DNA of 64,000 nt from NCBI GenBank assembly GCA_963841735.1, contig CAWJDT010000001.1, forward strand, positions 480,001-544,000, read 5' to 3'. Below, piece after piece: positions 28,102 to 38,297 of the stretch (the first letter of the stretch is position 1; the number at the start of each line of letters is the position of its first letter). The notes beneath the pieces are model-generated. The model was not told where the DNA came from and ran no database searches. It saw only the letters and a program-made list of their open reading frames with translations. Source of the stretch: an uncultured Actinomycetes bacterium (GTDB lineage Bacteria > Actinomycetota > Thermoleophilia > RBG-16-64-13). The translations under genes were made by a program, and so were the position numbers.

Positions 28102-28931
28102 ACCTCGGCGCGTCCCTGGGGATCACCTTTGGCGTGATTGTGGCCTTCATGACCATCGGCTGGCTGCTGAGCCTTGTCCGCAAGGACGCAAGCGTGGTGG
28201 ACCCTCTCTGGGGGCTCGGGTTTGTCATAGCCGCCGCGAGCTACTTCTTGTTGCTCGACGGCTACTGGGGCCGGAAGGTCCTGGTGCTGGTGATGGTCGC
28301 GGCCTGGGGTCTGCGGCTGTCGGCCTACCTGCTCTGGCGCGCCCGAGGTCGCGGGGAAGACCCGCGCTACCAGGCGATGCGGGCCAAGCGGCCCTCCAGC
28401 TTCTGGTGGTACAGCTATCTGCAGGTGTTCCTGTTGCAGTCTGTGCTGCTGTGGATCATAGCGGCGCCCATCGCCGGGGCGATGGGCGCCCGGCCCGCGG
28501 GAGAGTCACCAGCGAGCATAAACGTGCTGGACTTCGTCGGAGTGGGGGTGTGGCTGTTCGGGCTGTGCTGGGAGGTGGTCGGCGATGCCCAACTCGCCAA
28601 GTTCAAGCGCGACCCCGGCAACAAGGGCAAGGTCATGCAGACCGGAGCCTGGCGCTATACCCGCCACCCCAACTACTTCGGCGAAGCCGTACTCTGGTGG
28701 GGCGTCTGGATCGTCGCCGCCTCGGCGGGCGGCTACTGGTCGGTCTACGGCCCGGTGATGATAACGGTGCTCCTGCTCCGCGTGTCGGGGGTCACCCTTC
28801 TAGAGAAAGGGCTGACCAGCTCCAAGCCCGGCTACCAGGAGTACATGTCACGCACCAGCGCCTTCGTGCCCAGACCTCCCCGCCGCCGCGAGGCACAGCC
28901 GGAAGACCAAGAGGTGGACGGCGACCGGTGA
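28098..28931 (+). CDS. DUF1295 family membrane protein (steroid 5-alpha-reductase-like)
   Basis: DASVVD..W, WGLRL, EDPRY, D.QL..FK, WRYTRHPNYFGE, VSGV.LLE, TSAFVP. Confidence 0.9.
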   Translation: MNLGASLGITFGVIVAFMTIGWLLSLVRKDASVVDPLWGLGFVIAAASYFLLLDGYWGRKVLVLVMVAAWGLRLSAYLLWRARGRGEDPRYQAMRAKRPSSFWWYSYLQVFLLQSVLLWIIAAPIAGAMGARPAGESPASINVLDFVGVGVWLFGLCWEVVGDAQLAKFKRDPGNKGKVMQTGAWRYTRHPNYFGEAVLWWGVWIVAASAGGYWSVYGPVMITVLLLRVSGVTLLEKGLTSSKPGYQEYMSRTSAFVPRPPRRREAQPEDQEVDGDR

Positions 28932-29431
28932 TAGACGTCCTGGTGAACGACAAGATGCAGCAAGGCTACCGATACGTGCTCACCGAGCGGGTGGGCGCAG
29001 GTTTCGATCCAGCCTTCAATCCTGATCTCACCCCAGCCGAGATGCTGACTCTAGGCGTGTTCGGCGGCAAGTACATGACCGACTGCCGGGAGGAGTTCCC
29101 TGCCCAGTGGTATGTGGAGGCGAAGCTGTCACCGGAGCGAAAGGACCCTTCGCTGAACTTCTTCGGCATCGACGCTTCTCTGCCCCTTGTTGAGTGGCAA
29201 AAGCGGGGCTGGATCCATCCCGACGATCCTAGGGGCTGGTTTCAGTGGTACTGCCGCTATTACATGGGCCGCAGGCTGCCGGATGAGGACACCCGACAGA
29301 TAGGGCGTTGGAGGGCCATGAGAAGACATGTCGCCCAGGTGCGCAGAAACTGCGCCGCGGGCGACCTCAGTTGCCGCCAGCGCCAGCGCCAAGCGTTGCT
29401 GCACTGGGCCTACGACTCGAGGGACATCTAG
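28928..29431 (+). CDS. Conserved hypothetical protein (LTP.EML.LGVFGGKY / DPRGWFQWYCRY family)
   Basis: GTG overlaps the previous stop (GTGA); aromatic- and Arg-rich conserved-looking motifs, RQALLHWAYD. Confidence 0.75.
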   Translation: MIDVLVNDKMQQGYRYVLTERVGAGFDPAFNPDLTPAEMLTLGVFGGKYMTDCREEFPAQWYVEAKLSPERKDPSLNFFGIDASLPLVEWQKRGWIHPDDPRGWFQWYCRYYMGRRLPDEDTRQIGRWRAMRRHVAQVRRNCAAGDLSCRQRQRQALLHWAYDSRDI

Positions 29432-29523
29432 GCGCCGCGCGCGCTCCCGTGCTCCCGCGCCCGCCGGGCTGGCCGGCGCGAGGCACCGGCCGGGCGCTGG
29501 TAGCCGCCGAGGCCGGCGGCGGC

Positions 29524-30759
29524 CTACTGCACCGTGTATTCCTCCCAAGTGTTCGGAACAACGTTCACGCTGATCACGTACTGCCTTTTGATGTTGATGA
29601 GGACTTGGTCGTTGTAGTTGAGCTCGGCTGTGTTGCCGGTTCCCTTGTTCAGAAGGCTCCCCGAACAGTAGAGAGCGCCGTGGATACTACAGGTGCCGTA
29701 CAGCGCGCTGTCGCCCACCGTGACCAACACCCCATACAGATCGGCAGAGCCTTTCATGTCCCACGTATTGGTGCTCCCGTCCGGAGTGTCGATCACCACG
29801 ACCACCGGCGCAGCCACGGTGCCTATCTGTTTACTTCCAGTAATGGTCACTCCGGTGGGGCTCTTGATGTAGACCACCTTGCCGTTCGCCTTGCCGCTGT
29901 TGAGGTAGGTTTGGGCCGACAGTGAGTCCGTGAAGTAGCTGCCCTGCTGCTTGGCCAGTATCTCTGCCGCCTTGCTCAAGTCTGGTGTGAAGAAGGAGTC
30001 AAAGTCCTGGACCTTGTCCTCGTCCTCGTACTCGGCACTCGGCAGGGTGGAGACACCATCTCCCGGGTTGATCCCCTTCCCAAGGGCATCGTGCACTTGA
30101 TAGTACACGGGGCCTGAGCCGTTCTCGATCTCGATGCCGAATCCCTGCCCGTTAGAGGCAACCTCGTTGGAGTAGAGCGCCAAGCCCCTGGGGAAAGCAA
30201 ACTCCCACCCTTGTCGTTCGGCCATTATCAGAATGCGGTGGCGGTCGTCGTCCACATTAGAGCTGGCGTCGACAAACATGATGCCGTCACCTATCGTGCC
30301 GTCGTCCATAACGTTGGCGTCCCAGTAGACGCGCTGGTCAACATCCGGAGGAACCGTGACGGTCTCCCCGCTTATGGTGGAGTTGTCGTACACCTCCACC
30401 TGCAGAAACTCGGACGCATCCGAGCGGCTGGGGTCCCAGAGAGCAGGGTTGTCATTCTGCAGCGTCTCCTTGAGCAAGGCCGCGTCTACGACCACCGAAC
30501 TGCTTGAGCTCGACGGCCATGTCAGCTTCAGCGCCAGCATGCCGGCGTCGACACCCGCCTCCGCAACGTTGAAAGACTTCACATCTGTGCGTTCGGTCTC
30601 GGTCGCCCGGGTCTGCGACGCGATGAGCCAGTAGAGCCCCACGCCTAGGATGAGAAAGATCATGATGAACATCACCACAATGACCATGATCGCCCCCCGC
30701 TCCCCGCCGGGCGCGGCCCAGAAGTTCTTCTGCCGCTCTATGCTATCGCGCTTCGCCAT
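29524..30759 (-). CDS. PilX-like minor pilin / pilus assembly protein
   Basis: ERG|AIMVI prepilin site lacking Glu5, hydrophobic helix, SFNVAEAGVD, C-terminal WEE. Confidence 0.8.
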   Translation of the reverse strand: MAKRDSIERQKNFWAAPGGERGAIMVIVVMFIMIFLILGVGLYWLIASQTRATETERTDVKSFNVAEAGVDAGMLALKLTWPSSSSSSVVVDAALLKETLQNDNPALWDPSRSDASEFLQVEVYDNSTISGETVTVPPDVDQRVYWDANVMDDGTIGDGIMFVDASSNVDDDRHRILIMAERQGWEFAFPRGLALYSNEVASNGQGFGIEIENGSGPVYYQVHDALGKGINPGDGVSTLPSAEYEDEDKVQDFDSFFTPDLSKAAEILAKQQGSYFTDSLSAQTYLNSGKANGKVVYIKSPTGVTITGSKQIGTVAAPVVVVIDTPDGSTNTWDMKGSADLYGVLVTVGDSALYGTCSIHGALYCSGSLLNKGTGNTAELNYNDQVLINIKRQYVISVNVVPNTWEEYTVQ

Positions 30760-30783
30760 GTCTTCCCTGCCTATCTTATGGTT

Positions 30784-31479
30784 CTAGTACGTGCGCATAT
30801 TGCGCGGTTGCACCACCGAGGCCAGTTCGTGGTACTGAGGGCTTTTGTTGATGACCACATCGACCTTGAGTTTGATGTGAACCTCCCGTATCAGGGTGGG
30901 GTCGATCACGTGTTTCGGGTCGAGTTCGGTGCCGGTGGTCATAGGGAGCGCGGCCCCGTTCGCCCCAACGTAGGTGAACAGCCAGTTTTCAGGGTCGATG
31001 TCGTCGTTGCTCACCCAGGTCCCCACCAACCTCGAGCTGGAGCCGGTGGCGAAAGTGATATCGCCGGTCTGACTGTCGTCACGGTAAAGCGTACGATCCG
31101 AACGCACCCAGAACCTCACCAATTCCAGATCGTGGGCGGCATCGCGATCGACGTCGGCCCAGAGCACCACCAGATTGGGCTCGGCCCTAACGATAGCCAG
31201 CTCCAGATCCTCCGTGGGAGCCACCAACGGCTTCCGGGCAGTCCGTATAGATTCCACCATTTCGTTCAGGGCTTTTCGGGCCTCGGTCTGCGCAGTCATG
31301 TCCTCCTCGACAAAACCGTAAGTACGCTGCAGACCAAACCAGATGCCGTAGATAGCCCCCAAAACCACGATGAGAACCAGAGATGTGACCAGCAGCTCGA
31401 CCAGAGTGAAACCGTGCTCGGAGGAACCCCGGCCGAAGAGACAGCGCATGCGTTTGAGCTGAGCGACCATCGGTACCAC
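30784..31479 (-). CDS. PilW-like minor pilin
   Basis: EHG|FTLVELLV class III signal; EARKALNEM..SIRTA; C-terminal VQPRN. Confidence 0.85.
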   Translation of the reverse strand: MVPMVAQLKRMRCLFGRGSSEHGFTLVELLVTSLVLIVVLGAIYGIWFGLQRTYGFVEEDMTAQTEARKALNEMVESIRTARKPLVAPTEDLELAIVRAEPNLVVLWADVDRDAAHDLELVRFWVRSDRTLYRDDSQTGDITFATGSSSRLVGTWVSNDDIDPENWLFTYVGANGAALPMTTGTELDPKHVIDPTLIREVHIKLKVDVVINKSPQYHELASVVQPRNMRTY

Positions 31480-31483
31480 CAGC

Positions 31484-33025
31484 CTAGAGAATGGTCATGA
31501 CGATATTCCCGGCCTGCTGCGGCAGTGAGAACGACTGATTTAGGGTCGGCCGTCCGCTGGCCGTGGCAGTGAGCAGGTAGTTGCCGGCCGGCAGACTACT
31601 GATGGTCTTCGTGCTCTTCCTGGCCACCGACGTGTTGAGAGTGAATCCATTGTCCCCCACCAAGTACAGCGAGTACGCCTTGTTGGTGGTGTTCTCCACC
31701 TTGACCAAAGAGAACTCGGGGACCGTGGTGGTAGTCGATGAGGTGGTGACAGACACAAGTGTTGTGGTCGTGGTATCCAGCAGCGTCGTGGTCGTAGTCA
31801 CCAGTTCGGGTATGGCCACCTCGATAGTCGCCTCCGGACCCACATTCGGAGGATCGAGACAGATGTCTACAGCCCACAGCCGGTACTGATACCAATTCTG
31901 TCCGCTCAGAGTTCCCCAGGGATCGATTTGTAGCGCGACGCTCCCCTGGTCGGTGTACGAGGTGGCGTTGGGATCCAGGTTGGCCTCAAGGGTGGTCCAC
32001 TCCGACCAAACTCCGCCCTCCCACTTGCAGCGCTCGAGTACGTAGTAGGCCCGATCGCGTTCGTCTCCCCCGCTCCAGACGAGCAGAATGCTCTCGTCGC
32101 CTATCTGAGGAATGCCCCATACGTCGGTGGGCATTGCGGGGCCGCCGTCCTCTTCGTTCTCGACGCGCGTACGCAACCGCCACACATTGCCCGGCTCGTT
32201 GTATTCGTTGTAGATGATGGCCCGGAATTCCCAGTAGCCGTCGGGTATGTCGGCGGAGTTGAAGGTGTAGGAGAAGTAGGCCGAAGTGACCTTGCCTTCG
32301 GTGTCGGTGGTGTATTGGAGGTTCTCTAGACGGTAGTCATTGGCCGGGTCTCCGAGACGTTCGGACTGGCCGTTGCTGTCGACCAACACCAGCCGCGCGT
32401 ACACGTCGCGCACACTCATGCCCGGCTCGTTGAGGTTGTTGAGCACTAGGCCCCAGTCGGCCTCGGCTACATAGCAGATCAGAGTGTGTGCCTGGCTCGG
32501 ATAGAGCATGGGAAATGGCGTCTCCAGCGGATCGTCTAGAGAATGCGACATGACCAACTGCGACACCCGCGGTCCCAGGAACTGTTCGTGGATCATGGTG
32601 GCCATGGAGACCGTTTTGCCCTCCGGCGTAGCCTCCGGCGGACCCGTCCAACTCACGGTGACTGTCACCTTCTTGAGCAGCCCGTTTTCATATACCGACT
32701 CCTCCACCGCGTACCCAATATCGAAGGAGATGTCCCGTTGGGTTTCGGTGACGCCGAACCGAGTCTCGAGGTCATCTCCCTCGGTGGGGATATCCCGGGA
32801 GTCCAGCTGCCGAATCTGCTCGATCTTCTCTCTGGCGATATTGGTGGCCTCGCTCCTGTAGCGCACTACCGAGGCCTGCGTGAGCCCGGTGAGAAAGAAC
32901 GGAACGATGCCCGCCATGGCAAAGAGCAGGAGAAGCGAAGCCACGAGCACCTCCACCAAAGTGAAGCCCTCGCGACGAATGAACTTGTGTAGCCTGCGTT
33001 TGATCCTACTACCCACGGCCGGCAC
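31484..33025 (-). CDS. Large PilV-like minor pilin with Fn3-like domain and Thr-rich linker
   Basis: REG|FTLVEVLVA, A..IAREKIEQIR, KKVTVTVSW; Fn3-like LVW..Y.LER..YTD..YQYRLWAVD. Confidence 0.85.
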   Translation of the reverse strand: MPAVGSRIKRRLHKFIRREGFTLVEVLVASLLLLFAMAGIVPFFLTGLTQASVVRYRSEATNIAREKIEQIRQLDSRDIPTEGDDLETRFGVTETQRDISFDIGYAVEESVYENGLLKKVTVTVSWTGPPEATPEGKTVSMATMIHEQFLGPRVSQLVMSHSLDDPLETPFPMLYPSQAHTLICYVAEADWGLVLNNLNEPGMSVRDVYARLVLVDSNGQSERLGDPANDYRLENLQYTTDTEGKVTSAYFSYTFNSADIPDGYWEFRAIIYNEYNEPGNVWRLRTRVENEEDGGPAMPTDVWGIPQIGDESILLVWSGGDERDRAYYVLERCKWEGGVWSEWTTLEANLDPNATSYTDQGSVALQIDPWGTLSGQNWYQYRLWAVDICLDPPNVGPEATIEVAIPELVTTTTTLLDTTTTTLVSVTTSSTTTTVPEFSLVKVENTTNKAYSLYLVGDNGFTLNTSVARKSTKTISSLPAGNYLLTATASGRPTLNQSFSLPQQAGNIVMTIL

Positions 33026-33114
33026 CTTCTCCCAGGAGATGACGCTCGGCTCGGACTCCTACGACTCCGGATTCGGTGCCCGGCCTCTGCCGACAGACGT
33101 TCCCCATGGTCCCC

Positions 33115-33141
33115 ATATCGGCAAATCGAGTGGAATCTTTA
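33115..33141 (-). promoter_or_regulatory. Sigma-28 (FliA/SigD/WhiG-type) promoter for the minor pilin operon
   Basis: Minus strand TAAA-GATTCCACTCGATTT(15 nt)-GCCGATAT, about 90 nt upstream of the pilin start. Confidence 0.75.
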
Positions 33142-33279
33142 GTAACGTCAAGGAACACATACCCAGGTATCGCCTACCTGACTCCGAGAAGATAACCACT
33201 CTGCCGAAGCCTGAATCGCAAAAGCCGATGCGACAACGCGCGACCGACACGGCACATCGGGCTTCGCTGCTAGTCGCTG

Positions 33280-34191
33280 CTAGCGACCACCCGTACGCCG
33301 TGCCGCGCAGTAGGCAGGCACTGACTTCACAAATGAGGCCAGGGTGTAGCGACGCAAACCGTAGCGCAGAGCCCTCGCGTGACAGACAAGACTCTGTACC
33401 GCCCTGCCGTTCTGGGCATTTACCAAGCCCAGTCGGCTTAGCTTCCTGCCGAGCATCACGGGAGCCAGCGCTTTGAGGTCATCGCCAAAAACGTCCAGGT
33501 ATATCCCAAGATTCACGAGTTCCTCTCTGAATCTTCTGCCCCTGCGCATGGCGTCGGTCTGCCGGGACGGACACGTGTCATCCTGGTAGTAGAGCGTTCT
33601 GGGAACGTAGTAGGGGGGATCCGTCTTGAAACACTGCAGGTACAGCTGCCCCTCATCTGAGACAAGCCGCTCATCGTGTCTACGACGAGGGCCTTCGATT
33701 ATCTCCCGCGAGAAGACGAACCAGTAGTTGCCCCCTATCTTGCCGGACAGGATGTCAGCGTAGTCCCAGTAACCCTCGCGGCGCGTGGGCGCCGCACTGT
33801 CGACCACGCCGTCGCTTCTTCGAACCCAGTCGAATGCGAGCCAATGTCGGCCGTCGATGCCCAGCCGCAAAAGGTATGAGTGCGCCGTGGCAAGTGCATC
33901 AGGGTCAAGCTCGTCATCGTCGTCGAGATAGGTGACAAAACGACCTGCCGCCAAGTCATACCCGACATTCCTTGAAACGTTTGTGCCGCCCTGCCTCTCA
34001 TTCCTGTGATACGTGAAACGTGGGTCTGCCAAATACCCGGCTGCTACCTCTTGGGTGTCGTCGGTCGAACAATCGTCGATGATTATCACCGAGTAGTCCG
34101 TGAAGGTCTGCTGCAGAATACTGTCCAGCGCTCGCGCCAGGTAGGCGGAGCGACTGAACGTTGGAACGATGATGCTGAACGTGGCCGCCAT
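33280..34191 (-). CDS. Glycosyltransferase family 2
   Basis: FSIIVPTF.R, SIL.QT, IIDDCSTD, RN.G..LA.G.FV.YLDDDD. Confidence 0.9.
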   Translation of the reverse strand: MAATFSIIVPTFSRSAYLARALDSILQQTFTDYSVIIIDDCSTDDTQEVAAGYLADPRFTYHRNERQGGTNVSRNVGYDLAAGRFVTYLDDDDELDPDALATAHSYLLRLGIDGRHWLAFDWVRRSDGVVDSAAPTRREGYWDYADILSGKIGGNYWFVFSREIIEGPRRRHDERLVSDEGQLYLQCFKTDPPYYVPRTLYYQDDTCPSRQTDAMRRGRRFREELVNLGIYLDVFGDDLKALAPVMLGRKLSRLGLVNAQNGRAVQSLVCHARALRYGLRRYTLASFVKSVPAYCAARRTGGR

Positions 34192-34268
34192 GAACCGCCC
34201 TCCCCGCCTTCGCCCAACGCGCGTAGTTTGCGTGCCTGTATATCACACTCGCTTTGCCCGCGGAAGCA

Positions 34269-34365
34269 TGGCGGAGCGGCATGGGAATCGAACCCACCCT
34301 GGACGGGATCACCGCCCAACACCGGTTTTGAAGACCGGGCCGGCCACCAGACCGAACGCCGCTCC
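34269..34365 (-). tRNA. selC: tRNA-Sec (anticodon UCA)
   Basis: 97 nt; 8-bp acceptor GGAGCGGC/GCCGCUCC, anticodon arm CCGGU-CUUCAAA-ACCGG, long variable arm, 5-bp T-stem with UUCGAUU loop, G discriminator plus encoded CCA; directly after selB. Confidence 0.97.
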
Positions 34366-34440
34366 GGGTAACACTCAGGCTGACATCTTACCTCGCGGAT
34401 CGTCCCGTGCGTTCAAGCCCCAGGCTGGCGGCGACGCTCC

Positions 34441-36660
34441 CTAGCGGCGGCGGCTGCGCAGCCGCCGCGCCTCCCCCACCCGTAGAGTGAGGCCCTCCGA
34501 GTCCATGTGCTCCAACAACGCTTGGGCATAGCGCCGCGATGTACCCAGCAGGTCGCGGGCCTCCGCCAGAGTCAACTGGCCGACCTGTGCCATCGCGGCA
34601 GCAAGGCTGTTCATGAGAACCTGAAGCCTCTCAGGCGGGTAGTAGAGGTCTTCGCCCACTTTGACCAACCGCCCCTGGCGCACCAGAGCGGCCACGAGTT
34701 TCTCCGCCTCGCGGGGGGCAAGCCCCGCCGCTTCGGCCGCAACGGTCACACTGGGGGTCTCGGCGGGCGGCACGCCCACGTCCGGGTCGATGGACCCACC
34801 GACCGCCTCACTGGCGCCGGCGCCGCCCTCCGCGCCGGCCGCTCCGAACTGGGCGAGAAGTCTCTCCACCGGTCCATCGGGATCGCCTGCCGACCCACCG
34901 GAGGCTCCGGCCCACCGATAGCCATGCTCCGTGCGAACCACCTCACCTGCGGCCTGCAGACGCTCCAACGCGGCGTCCAGGGCGGGCGCTTCTTTGCCTT
35001 TGGCGAGGTCGCGCCGCAGTTCCCCCAGAGTCAGATAGGGGTTCAGCGCGTCGCCGTCGGCCCGGGCGCGCAGCGCGGCCAGCGTCGTCTCGACAAGCGC
35101 GAGTAGGGAGGAACCGTGCAGCAGGAGAGCCGTCTGGGGCGCGGCGGCGGGCGCGGCGGAAGACGCGCCGCCTCCCGAGGCCGTGACAGTCGGGCCCGCG
35201 CCTCCGCCCGGGGACGGCGCGCCCACGGCGCCACTTGCCACCACGGCACGGCCGTCCGCCAGCAGGCCGGCGACGGCCGCCCGGATCTGCGGGGCGGCAG
35301 ACCGCCACATGTAAGGACTCGCTTCGAGTCTCCGGCGGACCAGGCCCATAGGAAAGGCTTCTTCCAACAATAGGGTGATGACGGCTTCAGGCACTCCCTG
35401 CTCCAGGAGGGACAGCCGCTCATGCCGTCGAGAGCCGGTGCTGTGCTTGCGCGGAGCGGGGTCGATCACGCGCCCTCCGCCTATGGTGGTCACCGGGGTG
35501 ACCGAGCGCACTATGAACTCGTCGCCGGGATAGACCAGTGTCCGCTCTTCGAAGCGCACTTGCGCGTAGCAGGAATCACCTGGTTCCAGCGACTCCCGGT
35601 CGACCAGCACCACCTTGGCCAGCATCTCGGCCGTGCCGTGATCTACCCGAGCACGGCTCACCCGAGGCAACGGACCAGGAGAGTCGACCAGCAGCACCAG
35701 GCGTACGTCGGCCAGGTAGGTGGGCTCGATGGCCGGGTCCTTGACCACCCACTGCCCCCGCCCGACCTCGTCCCGGTCGACCCCGCTGAGGTTTAGAGCC
35801 ACCCGCTGGCCGGCACCGGCCACGGCCACTTCGCGGTCGTGCACCTGGACACTGCGCACCCGCACCTCTCGCGCCCCGGCAGAGCCCCGTACTCCCTGCG
35901 CCCCGCGCCGGGGCAGGATGGTCACCCGGTCCTCGGCGCTCAGGCTCCCCGACCAAAGGGTGCCGGTGATCACGGTGCCGATGCCTTTGAGGGAGAAGAC
36001 CCGGTCGACCGGCAGACGGGTGGCCGGATAGGGATGGCGGGGCGGCACCGTCGTACCCACCTGCTCAAGCGCGGCCAGCAACTCCGGCAGCCCCTCCGCG
36101 GTCACGCCGCTCACCGGCACCACGGGAGCGGCGCCGTAGGCAGTGGAGCTCAGAAACTCCTCCACGTCGGCGTGCACCAGCTCCACCAGCTCGGAGTCGA
36201 CCATGTCGATCTTGGTGAGCGCCACTACTCCCGCGGGAACACCCAGCAGCTCGATGATACGCAGGTGCTCCCGAGTCTGGGGCATGACGCCGTCGTCGGC
36301 GGCCACCACCAGCAGGAAGAGGTCGATGCCCGAGGCGCCGGCGACCATGGTCTTCACAAAGCGCTCGTGGCCGGGGACGTCCACCACGCTCACGCGACGG
36401 CCGCTGGGGAGGGTCAGCTCGGCGTAGCCCAGCTCGATGCTGATGCCCCGCTCCTTCTCTTCTTTGAGGCGGTCGGTGTCGCGTCCGGTGAGGGCCTTGA
36501 CCAGAGTGGTCTTGCCGTGGTCGATGTGGCCTGCGGTACCTAGGGTGAGAGGCCGGTCGTCGCTGCGCGCCGGTTCGCCGGCCGCCCTCGCGGGCGCCAC
36601 GCCGGGCGCGGCGCCCGCGAGGGCGCCAGGGGTCAACTCAGGGGTGGCGCCGCGGTCCAT
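34441..36660 (-). CDS. selB: Selenocysteine-specific translation elongation factor
   Basis: [44 protein letters not shown]-terminal winged helix [21 protein letters not shown]. Confidence 0.96.
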   Translation of the reverse strand: MDRGATPELTPGALAGAAPGVAPARAAGEPARSDDRPLTLGTAGHIDHGKTTLVKALTGRDTDRLKEEKERGISIELGYAELTLPSGRRVSVVDVPGHERFVKTMVAGASGIDLFLLVVAADDGVMPQTREHLRIIELLGVPAGVVALTKIDMVDSELVELVHADVEEFLSSTAYGAAPVVPVSGVTAEGLPELLAALEQVGTTVPPRHPYPATRLPVDRVFSLKGIGTVITGTLWSGSLSAEDRVTILPRRGAQGVRGSAGAREVRVRSVQVHDREVAVAGAGQRVALNLSGVDRDEVGRGQWVVKDPAIEPTYLADVRLVLLVDSPGPLPRVSRARVDHGTAEMLAKVVLVDRESLEPGDSCYAQVRFEERTLVYPGDEFIVRSVTPVTTIGGGRVIDPAPRKHSTGSRRHERLSLLEQGVPEAVITLLLEEAFPMGLVRRRLEASPYMWRSAAPQIRAAVAGLLADGRAVVASGAVGAPSPGGGAGPTVTASGGGASSAAPAAAPQTALLLHGSSLLALVETTLAALRARADGDALNPYLTLGELRRDLAKGKEAPALDAALERLQAAGEVVRTEHGYRWAGASGGSAGDPDGPVERLLAQFGAAGAEGGAGASEAVGGSIDPDVGVPPAETPSVTVAAEAAGLAPREAEKLVAALVRQGRLVKVGEDLYYPPERLQVLMNSLAAAMAQVGQLTLAEARDLLGTSRRYAQALLEHMDSEGLTLRVGEARRLRSRRR

Positions 36661-36676
36661 CGGGGCCCCAGCCCCG

Positions 36677-38233
36677 CTACTGTCCGGAGGGCGCGGCAGA
36701 CGTGCCGGCAGGCGCGCCCGAAGGGACGCCGGCCTCGGCCACTCCCGCCACCAGCCGGTCTATCGCCCAAGCCACGCTTGCGGCCACGGTCTCGAGGTCG
36801 GTCTCCTCCAGGGCTATCACGTCCAGGTGCAGACTGTCGTCAGAGACCCGGCCTATCACCGGCACAGGCGCCCTGCGCAGCTCCGCGTCGAACGCCGACA
36901 CCCCCGCGGGCAACGTCGCGCTACCGGGAGCTGACCCAGAGACCGGCGGCACGGGAAAGCGGACGCGCACCGCGTGCGACGGCAGCTCGGCCAACGGCAT
37001 GGAGCCACCGCCCGCCCGGGCGGTCGAAGTCTCCACTTCTAGGATGAACCCGTCTGAGCAGCGCCTTTCGATGGCCGACTGCAATGCCTCGGCCAGGGCG
37101 GCCGTTTCGGCCACCGGACGGTGCAGGTAGCGCAAGATCGGTATCTCCCTTTCGGCCCGCTCGGGGTCCTGGTAGATCTCGAGGGTGGCCTCCAATGCGG
37201 CTAGGGTCATCTTGTCCAAGCGCAGGGCGCGGGCCACCGGATGGGTGCGCAAGCGGTCGATGATCGGGGCGCTTCCCACCAGGATGCCGGCCTGCGGTCC
37301 TCCCAGCAGCTTGTCGCCGCTGAAACACACAACATCGGCGTCCGCCCGCAACGAGGCGGCCACAGACGGCTCGCCCTGGAAGCACTCCCGGGCGCTAAGG
37401 GCACCGCTGCCCAGGTCGTCGGCAGTGATGAGCCCACGCCGGCGGCCCAGATCCACCAACTCGCCCAGCCCGGCCTCTTCGGTGAAGCCGACAATACGGT
37501 AGTTTGAGGTGTGCACCCGCAGCAGCAGCGCGGTCTCCGGCGTGATGGCGGCTTCGAAATCGTCGATACGCGTGCGGTTGGTCGTACCTACTTCCACTAG
37601 GCGGACCCCGCCCGCCCTGATGATGTCGGGCAGCCGGAACGACCCGCCTATCTCCACCAATTGGCCGCGCGACACCAGCACTTCGCGCCCGGCAGCCAGC
37701 GCCATCAGAAGCAGCAGCGTCGCCCCCGCGTTGTTGTTCACCGCGAAGGCCGCCTCAGCTCCGGTGAGCCGAGTGAGCAGGGACTCCACGTGCACCTCGC
37801 GCCGGCCCCGGGTGCCGCTCTCGAGATCGTACTCCAGGTTGCTGTACGAGCGGGCGACGGCGGCCACACGCTCCACGGCCTTCTGGGCCAGAGGTGACCG
37901 GCCCAGGTTGGTGTGCACCACCACTCCGGTGAGATTCATAAGAGGCCGCAATCCCTGCCTGCTCCACTGCTCGAGCACCGCGGCCGCCCGCGCCAGGAGA
38001 GCCTCCGGGGAAACTCCCGCGGTCGCCGCGACCCCAAGAGTGCCGACCCCGTCTGCCGGCGCCCCAGCGACGGCCGCCATGATCTCTCGCCGGACCGCCT
38101 CCACAGCGCTGCGCACGGCTTCGACCACTTGAGCGCGAGGGTGACCTTCTAGCAGTTCCGCGGCCGCGTCGTGGCTCACCAGTTCCTCCACGGAGGGCAG
38201 ACCACGCAACGCCCGCTGTGTGACCTCGTCCAT
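36677..38233 (-). CDS. selA: L-seryl-tRNA(Sec) selenium transferase
   Basis: [70 protein letters not shown]. Confidence 0.96.
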   Translation of the reverse strand: MDEVTQRALRGLPSVEELVSHDAAAELLEGHPRAQVVEAVRSAVEAVRREIMAAVAGAPADGVGTLGVAATAGVSPEALLARAAAVLEQWSRQGLRPLMNLTGVVVHTNLGRSPLAQKAVERVAAVARSYSNLEYDLESGTRGRREVHVESLLTRLTGAEAAFAVNNNAGATLLLLMALAAGREVLVSRGQLVEIGGSFRLPDIIRAGGVRLVEVGTTNRTRIDDFEAAITPETALLLRVHTSNYRIVGFTEEAGLGELVDLGRRRGLITADDLGSGALSARECFQGEPSVAASLRADADVVCFSGDKLLGGPQAGILVGSAPIIDRLRTHPVARALRLDKMTLAALEATLEIYQDPERAEREIPILRYLHRPVAETAALAEALQSAIERRCSDGFILEVETSTARAGGGSMPLAELPSHAVRVRFPVPPVSGSAPGSATLPAGVSAFDAELRRAPVPVIGRVSDDSLHLDVIALEETDLETVAASVAWAIDRLVAGVAEAGVPSGAPAGTSAAPSGQ

Positions 38234-38297
38234 CAGCGCCGGCTCCGCGCCACCCGTGTAGCCCGGCGCGCCCGCGCCGCCCGTATGACTTGCCGCC

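Noticed and set aside
31484-31530. LPQQAG as a sortase sorting signal on the PilV-like protein
   Set aside because: Not LPxTG/LAxTG, and it lacks the following TM helix and basic tail.
33030-33279. c-di-GMP riboswitch upstream of the pilins
   Set aside because: No GEMM motifs (GGCAAA..GAAA..GACGCAAAG) on the coding strand; only a sigma-28-type promoter and a loose hairpin are present.
34200-34365. Integrated element at selC
   Set aside because: No duplicated tRNA 3' end or integrase is visible in the window.
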